A stretch of DNA of 64,000 nucleotides from Octopus vulgaris. Taxonomy: Eukaryota. Made by a program: the position numbers and the translations under genes. Below the pieces are notes generated by a model. That model worked only from the letters and a program-made list of their open reading frames with translations. It did no database searches and was not told the origin of the DNA. The stretch spans positions 45,880,001 to 45,944,000 of the forward strand of contig OX597837.1 of NCBI GenBank assembly GCA_951406725.2. Reading direction: 5' to 3'. Each line of letters begins with the position of its first letter. The first letter of the stretch is position 1. Shown here in pieces: positions 55,976-64,000 of the stretch.

Positions 55976-56191
55976 CCCTTTCGTTACCGTATTCATTTTG
56001 AGATGCTCCGTGTTTCTTTCAATTAATTTTAAATCTAACAAAGGATTTAGTAAAATAACTTTGTTATCAATAAGCTAGTGTTAGGAACATTAATTGTGAC
56101 AAAGGTTTGGTGGAAGACTTTAATTCAAAACTTAAGAAAACTAGACATTTGTACTACAGAGCCAGTTTCAGCCGGGTTGGTAATGAAAGGG
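55976..56191. mobile_element. piggyBac-type MITE, second family
   Basis: TTAA|ccctttcgttacc ... ggtaatgaaaggg|TCAA. A partial inverted copy lies at ~51215-51337. Confidence 0.7.
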
Positions 56192-57046
56192 TCAACCTAT
56201 TCCCGCTATAGCAGGAACAGAGCATGACAAGGTTAAGCCGCACATTGTCCTTTTCTTTTCTTTTTTTTCTCCATATTTTCCATTTTATTTTATTTATTTG
56301 CTTGCTTTATTTTATTTTCTTTCACCATATGCCTCATTCATTTAAATACTACACAATGGTCAACCTATCTTTCTATAAAAACAAAAATAAATCTATTTTA
56401 GTAAGCTTATCTTCTTTAGAATCCATTTCTTTAAAAAACATTTTTTTTTTATTTACATTTATATTTCTTCTGATTCTTTGACTTTTTTTTAGTTCCTTTT
56501 TATATCTTTATTTTTTTTTATCTCCTGCTTCTCCTGAATCTGCACTCATCATCAGACATGGCATCCTTCAAGCAAACCCCCTATAGTAAACCGGTTGATA
56601 TACATTGGATCAGCTTGCTTTCTCTAGTGGAGTTCATGTTTGGAACTACCATATATCATTCTGAAGATCAGTTCGTTAATTAAATTCTTCAGCACACTTG
56701 TACATATGGGTGTAAACATACATTTTTATGTCTATTTTACGTACATATGAATGAGAATATAATCTCTATTATATAGCTAACAACATCATGAAACAACTGT
56801 AAACAAATGCAACAAACATGTATTCTCTCACCTCACATCTCTTGTCTGTTCTACTTATATATACACTCTCCACCATTGTAATTCCTGATTTTTCAAAAAC
56901 AACACTACGGTTTATCCAAACCTTAACCACGATTAATCTTGTTAGCTATTCAATTTGCAGAGAGCTTAATGCAAGCTCCATTTAAAACTTTAAATCTCTA
57001 AATTACTGTATATATATATATACATATATACACACACACACACATA

Positions 57047-57085
<39 letters not shown>

Positions 57086-58457
57086 GTGTATATGTAAAAA
57101 AATACAAACTGGGACAAGAACGCAAAACATTTAGAAGACGATACAAAAAACACGGACGGGACATTCAAAGCCTTCAATCTTCAGTCAAGAACCGGATCAT
57201 CCTCGCAATTTCGGGTATGCCAATCATGGGTGGCCTGTGGGACAAAAGCATCACTTAAATTTCTTTAGCAGTGCTGCCCACCTCCCCATGACCCACGCTT
57301 CATGTCACCAATTCTTGCTAAAAGTTGCCATCACTGATTTACACACACATATATTAATTTTTATATACATACTTTATATATATATATAAACATATGTATA
57401 TATATATAAACATATGTATATATGTGTAATATATATATATATATATTCATACATTGGAGATGTAATCTAGGTAGGTTTTGATAACACAACTTACGTCTCC
57501 AAGCAATCTTCAGTTGCTTGGAGGCACAAGTCATCTTATTAAAACCTACCTGGACTGCATCTCCAGTGTATGAAACTACTAGCTTGTATTTTTATACTGT
57601 GTTTTAAATGATAGATCATCGTCGTCATCACGAGTGGATTTGGTAGACTGAAACTGCTGGCCTTGTGCCAAAATTTGAAACCACTCAGTCTAAGGCAGTG
57701 ATCTGGCAGAACCATTAGCACAGCAGGCAAAATGCTCAGTGGCAGTTCGCCATCTTTATGTTCTGAGTTCAAATTCCACCAAGGTCAACTCTGCCTTTCG
57801 TCCTTTCAGGGTCGATTAAATAAGTACCAGTTGAGCACTGGGGTCAATGTAATTAACTAGCACCCACCCACCCGAAAATTGCTGGGCTGGTGCCAAACTA
57901 TGAACCCAATATAGAAATATATATGCGCGTGTGTGTTTAAATACAAATGCTCACCTGTAAAAAATATACACCAACATACACTGTGCAGTCATATTACACA
58001 GATCATCATCATCATCATTGTTTTATGATGATGGTGATGATGATGATGATGAAAGACCATAAATTAAAACAGACAAAAAAACATTAACAAACATCTTAAT
58101 ACTGGGACCATAGCAACAGTTTGGAGAATTGGGAGGGGAGGGAAATGACAAATGGGGGAAGGAGTACAGTGGGTATGGAGTGTGTGCAGAGCCTTACTGA
58201 AAATTGCCAACCACAAAAGAAACCCCTACAAAGATTGTAGGGGGTGGGGAGGTTCGCCCCGCCAAAAAAAACATTTTTTTTATAAATTCATAAATTAGTA
58301 AAAAATAAATTTAATGTAATTAAAACATGCTTAGCTTCCTCGGAAGATGTTAACAGTGAGTGGATATGGATATATCGAAGTGTGTGTGTATATATATATA
58401 TATTAAAAAGAGAGACAGAGATAGGGGCATGTACATAAATGTATAGACACACGTATA

Positions 58458-58497
<40 letters not shown>

Positions 58498-59133
58498 TAT
58501 ACATATATATACATATACATACATATATATACATATACATATATATATATATATACATATACATACATATACATATACATACATATACATACATATACAT
58601 ATATATACATATATATATATATATATACATACACATACATATATAGACACATACACACACATATATAGACACATACACACACACACATATTTTCTCAATA
58701 CCCTTGATTATAATATCTTTATAATTATATATGTATGTGTGTATATATATATATACATACAGAGAGAGAGAGAGAGATGGATGGATGTGTGTTTGTGTAT
58801 TGATTAATATCAGGTGAATGATGTACGGACAGGTGATGTAGAAAATTTTGGTTTTTGTTTTTGTTTTTTTTAATGCAAACAAAAGGTGAAAGTTTGTCTC
58901 ACAACTTGAGTTTCATATCAAGAGAGACCATTACTACTGGATTTCGTTACAAGAGAGGAGGAATAAAGCAGAGGAAGAATGGAAAGAAAAAAAAAAAAGA
59001 AGAAAAAAAACTGTGGTCTGTGAGGAATCTCAAGGGCTCAAAATTTTAATTTAAACAAAAAAAAAAATTTTTTAAATGACTGGACATCCACCCTCCCCCC
59101 ATCGCCTCTACAAATATACAAAGTAGATACTTT

Positions 59134-59147
59134 ATTACCATGGAAAC
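59134..59147. promoter_or_regulatory. RFX X-box-like motif
   Basis: ATTACCATGGAAAC matches the RTHNYYWTRRNRAC X-box consensus and sits in unique sequence. A half-site, ACCATAGCAAC, lies at 58107-58117. Confidence 0.35.
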
Positions 59148-59294
59148 ATAATCTACATTTACAAGAGGTGACGGAACATGGGGGGGGAGCAATCACGGAG
59201 AGGCTTGTAGAGTTTTGCAAATACATAAAACATGGTTGGTCTTAAAAAAAGGCGGAACTTACCGAAACACCAAACGTTATCAGTAAAGACACTA

Positions 59295-60140
59295 ATGTGG
59301 TCATTGAACTTGCTAGAAAAAGCAGCTTCGTATCACTGAAATCACAACCTACTGTTTTGGGAAAAGAAATATATATTGGACGATTGTGACACTGATATGA
59401 TATGTCCGAAAATAAACAGGATGGTCACAGCTGGAACAATTTTGAACAAATGATCTAAGGTGACCTGGGGCTAAACAGTACCATCATCATCATCACCATA
59501 CGAACACTATTAACTACCAATACAATCAACACCTGTAAAACAGTCAAATCTTCGTTAAATTATATTCTGTTGTCTTATAAAAGGTAAGACACTTTGGATA
59601 ATGTAGTCCAAAGAATACTCTGTTTGAAAAACAAATGAGAAAATGTGATGGTCATGGTTGGAATACCACTGATCATGTCTGGTTGGTCGTGGGTCACCTG
59701 CGGCTGAACAACTACACTAACATTATCAAACCTCTTTTGAATATCACTGTTACCTTTAAAATGAAAAGCCACATTGGATAATGTGATCAGAGACATACTG
59801 TGTATGATAACAATAAAAGAAAACATGCGATGAGAAGGTCATGTTAGGACTATTGATCACGGTTCTTGATCAAGGTTGACCCAGTGTTAAATACCAAAAA
59901 AAAAAAAAAAACAACATCAAGAATAGTGTCAACACTATGAACAACAACAGCACCAACATAGCAGCCAAACTTCCCTCAAATTGCACATTATCATCTTTAA
60001 AACAGGAAGGACACATTGCATAATGTCCTCCTAGATACACTTATGCTTCAAAAAAACTAAAAAAAACAAATGGTTAGAATTACAACATTTTTGATCACAG
60101 GTCTATTTGACCAGGGCTGACCTGGGGCTAATCACAACAA
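59295..60140 (+). repeat. Four diverged tandem copies of a ~200-250 bp retroposon-like repeat with (CAA)n tail
   Basis: Recurring acattggataatgt...ggatggtcatggctggaa...tgacctggggctaaacaacaac. Dispersed copies at ~12780-12910, 21365-21540(-) and 47570-47760. Confidence 0.65.
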
Positions 60141-60779
60141 CTTATATGTCAACAAATAACAAACTAAAGTACATGTTCTTACATCGACATGTGCCCTACA
60201 GGTTTTGCTCCTAACCCCCGTTAAGTTACCCCACAATCCTAAACTGGAGCCACCAACTACCAGCTGTTATTATTCGTGTCTGACCCAGTCCAACACCAAA
60301 CTATGTTCCACTAACAAAGACAATATTCATTTATTAATATAATTAGTCCGTGTACAGTGGTCAAGCTGACAGAATCGGACAAAATGCTTAGCAACATTTT
60401 GTCTGTCCTTATGGTCTAAGTTCAAATCGTGCCAAGGTTGACTTTGCCTTCCATCCTTTCAGGGATCAATAAAATAAGTACCAGTTGAATGCTGGGGGGG
60501 TCGATGTAATCAACTTATTGCCTCCCCTAAAACTTGCTGGCCTTGTGCCAAAATTTGAAATCAATATAATTAGTCTGTGTGAAAACTACCCTTGGTGATC
60601 CAATTGTCCTTTATGAGACAATGACACGCAATGATACGCAAAATATTCGGTCAAAATAATTTTTAAAAAAAGTTGAACAAATCAAGAAAAAAGAAAGAAG
60701 GTGCCAAGAGGACATCAACAACAATGTCTCCTTCAAGCTGTCTTCCATTTTTATAACAGGTTATCTACAATGCAAGATG

Positions 60780-60958
60780 CATTTTGCCCTCAACACAAAA
60801 TATATGAAACCCCAACAACACAAGAAATATTACACTTCAATACAAGATGCATTATGCCCTCAATACAAGTCACATTGTCCCCTCAACACAAGACACATTG
60901 TCCCCTCAACACAAGACACATTGTCCCCTCAACACAAGACACATTGTCCCCTCGAAAC
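60780..60958. repeat. 23-bp minisatellite
   Basis: cacattgtcccctcaacacaaga occurs about 3 times nearly perfectly, with diverged copies upstream. Confidence 0.85.
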
Positions 60959-62931
60959 AAAGTATATTCTGACCTCAACATTTTTGCCACTTAATGGACT
61001 AATTTTCAGAGGACATTTATTTTGAAAAGACCAAACATACAACTGGTCCCTATCACTATTTTGAACTTAATCCTTCGACATTTACACAGGCCATATCTGA
61101 TCCAAATATTCTACCTGTTTTATGTTCAAACTGACCAGATTTGGCCTCTTACACCTACCCGACAATGTCATTCTAAAAATAAACTATCAATCGTCAAAAT
61201 GTTGAAGTTACGAGATAAAGCAGGATTAATTCAAAACAATGTGAACAGATAAGCATTTCAATTGACAAAATAATCCGCTAATAATGCTAATGAGTTAAAA
61301 AAAAAACCATGCTTTACAAGTTAATAACGATCTCGTTAAAGACGTTGAATTGAATTTGGTGAAGTTATTGACCTGGCCATGGATTAGAAGGTCAACAAGT
61401 ATGGATGACCAAAGGAGTGTAAGGGTCAGATTTGATTTCATGACAGGGGCTTCATGAAGCCATGTGCTCGCAGACTGTTTGCAGCACAACACATCCAAGC
61501 AATTAAGTACAATCTCAAATCGGACAGCACTGTTCTAAAACACCAGTCAAATGTGTGTAATACACTATTATATACAGCATGTGTGTGTATAAAGCATACA
61601 GCCTTGTTTACCACTGATTCATTCGGCATTGATCTGAATAACACGGTATGCTCAATTGTGAAGGGAACCATGTTACACTCATCAAGGGTCAATCTGTGAG
61701 AAAACAGGTCAGTTATGAGGGGAAGATTTTGTTTTTAACCACAAAAAAAGACATACCCCAGTAATGACCCAGAATGCACTGATTATAGCTTGTTCTTATA
61801 CAACCATGCTGTGAGGAGGCTGTGTACTTTTTTATACAAATTTTCATACAGACATAAACCCACCAACATGGGACTTGTAGAGAGGAAAACACGTCTCAAG
61901 AAACGGCACAGAAGTGTTTTCTCTGCAGGGAAAGGTGAAGACAGACAAGAAAATACATGAGAGTGGAAGCTTCACAGCTGTGGGGCGTGGGTTTGGTACC
62001 ATATTTATTCCAATATGAGGGCATCTGATCCTAACAAATGAGGTAGACAAGCGTGTTCCCTACAGAAGTCTTTTCTCTACAGGAAAACACAAAGATGACC
62101 AAGAAAATAAATGATGGTCTGAGCTTCACAGCTGTGTGAGCCACACATTTTATGTCAATGAATCTACCATTTGTTCCATTTACCAAGTGAGTGGAGGTGA
62201 TTCATTTATCACTGATTCATTTATCACTGTGTAACATGATTTTTGTCCTTGGGTAGCAACTGTTATTTCCTCTTTGCTTACCCCCTAGAAAGTATGAAAA
62301 ATGCCTAGTATTTCCTTCAAATTTTGCTTTTATTCAAACCCCAAAGAATTCCTCTCAACACATGGTTATGATGCTCCCCCAGTACTCTTGCACATGATCA
62401 GAGATGCACATCGTGTCAGCCACTAAGGGACAAGCTCAACTGGTCAAGGTCAAACAACTGACAAGCAAATCTGTGGTATTGAGCAGAACATTTGCTATAA
62501 TGATATTTCTGCTTCAGCCACTCAGCACTGAATCTTTTTGAAATGTAATGGAAAATAGGTCAGTTTCAAAACATTGATGTCCAGATCCCAAAAGCAAAGT
62601 TTGAAGGGAATAGCAGTCCTTTCCTTTGATTTCTAGACAGAAGCAAATAGGAAATAACATTTACTGACCAAAGACAAGAAGACAGTGTTATCAGGGCTTT
62701 TTTTTGTTGTTTTTTAACCAAACTCTCATGACAAATGAGGATAGAGGTACCCTATTATATATAACATGTGTATAATACACTATTGTATAAAATGTGTATA
62801 TAACATACTATCATACACAATGTGTGTGAATAAGAATCTATATATATATATATATATATGCATGAAATATATTTCAGAGTGTATACAACTTGCTAAAGTG
62901 TATAAGCTTGCATGTGTGTGCATGTGTGCCT

Positions 62932-62979
<48 letters not shown>

Positions 62980-64000
62980 CTAAGCATTAAATATTTGTAC
63001 GTATATTACATAGATATGGACATGTGTGAAAATATGCGTAACAAACTCAGAACTATTACTGCAATAACGACCACCACCACCAAATGACAACAAGTATAAA
63101 ATTTAAAGAATTTGGGATTTTTTATACAAATAAAGATTTCCCTCACACACCCCACCCACCCCACACTTTTTTGTAAATCCTTAAAAATGTTTTAGCCCAA
63201 AGGCCGCGACCATGCTGGGGCACAATAATTATTGTACGAACGTAACTGGTGGTGGTACTTGGAAGTTCCAGAAACAGAAGGTCAACCAGCGACCTGACTT
63301 GACACACAATCAAAATATGACCACCACCACCAACAACAACAACAACAACTCTACAAGATATAACAGAGCGGAATAAACTAATAGCATAATAAAAAAAAAA
63401 TAAATAAATATTATTAAATAAAATTTGTTGCAAAAAAATTTTAATATTTCAAAAAAAAAAAACATAATAAAGCCAATAGTTGAAAAAAATAAAAAGTTTA
63501 AATAAAACGGATTTGCCTCCTTCATTTAAATAACGGTAATTGTTTATCTTTTATTTGTTTCAGTCACTGGATTGCAGCCATGCTGGAGCATTTCCTCAAA
63601 GGGTTTAGTCAAACAAATTGACCCTAGTATTTATTTTAAGTCTGAATCTCTTGTCATACCGTTCCACCCATGCCAGCATGGAAGACAAATGTTAAACGAT
63701 GACGACGATGATGATGATGATGATAAGGTACCCAAAAGTAACTAGAAACACTCTCTGAGGGACAAGCCCGTTGTAGTTCAGATTTCCACCACTGGAAGTC
63801 ACTTGATGCAACCCTCAGGCATCAGTCTGCTGACCGGTGGTGACCAGTGGAGTCGTACTGCCATGTAGTGCATCTTTTTGTAATGCTTATCAGCCGAAAC
63901 CTTGTGTTAACAACAAAGAAGATGAGGACAAATATCTGTCGAATGTAAATAATGTATTTAACATCCTGTTTTTTTGTTTTTTTTTACTTGTTTCAGTCAT

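Noticed and set aside
57488-57525. CTGAAGA-containing hairpin as a further hammerhead (also ~56660-56800 and ~39820)
   Set aside because: The GAAA core or stem I is not intact; too degenerate to call.

Overview
AT-rich, microsatellite-saturated animal genomic DNA, most likely an octopus (inferred from the repeat landscape and a molluscan-type FaNaC). Only one protein-coding gene is confidently supported: a FMRFamide-gated Na+ channel (FaNaC, DEG/ENaC family) whose channel-coding region lies in one exon (44470-46356, +) behind a strong splice acceptor, so much of the upstream ~30-40 kb is probably its 5' intron(s). The rest is SINEs of several families, CR1-type LINE 3' ends, DNA-transposon MITEs (Tc1/mariner, pogo, piggyBac, hAT, Helitron-like), minisatellites and simple repeats. 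Almost all ORFs in the supplied track are microsatellite artefacts. The most interesting signals are (1) a recursive-splice-site architecture on the FaNaC strand (branch point, pyrimidine tract, CAG|GTGAGT, plus a downstream RS-exon donor); (2) at least five minimal hammerhead-ribozyme-like motifs of Penelope type, some with a CCGANGA core variant and some in fold-back elements; (3) a phase-compatible candidate upstream FaNaC exon built from trinucleotide repeats; and (4) several long fold-backs that could be dsRNA/ADAR substrates. All motif calls and family comparisons were made by eye and from memory; none was computed.
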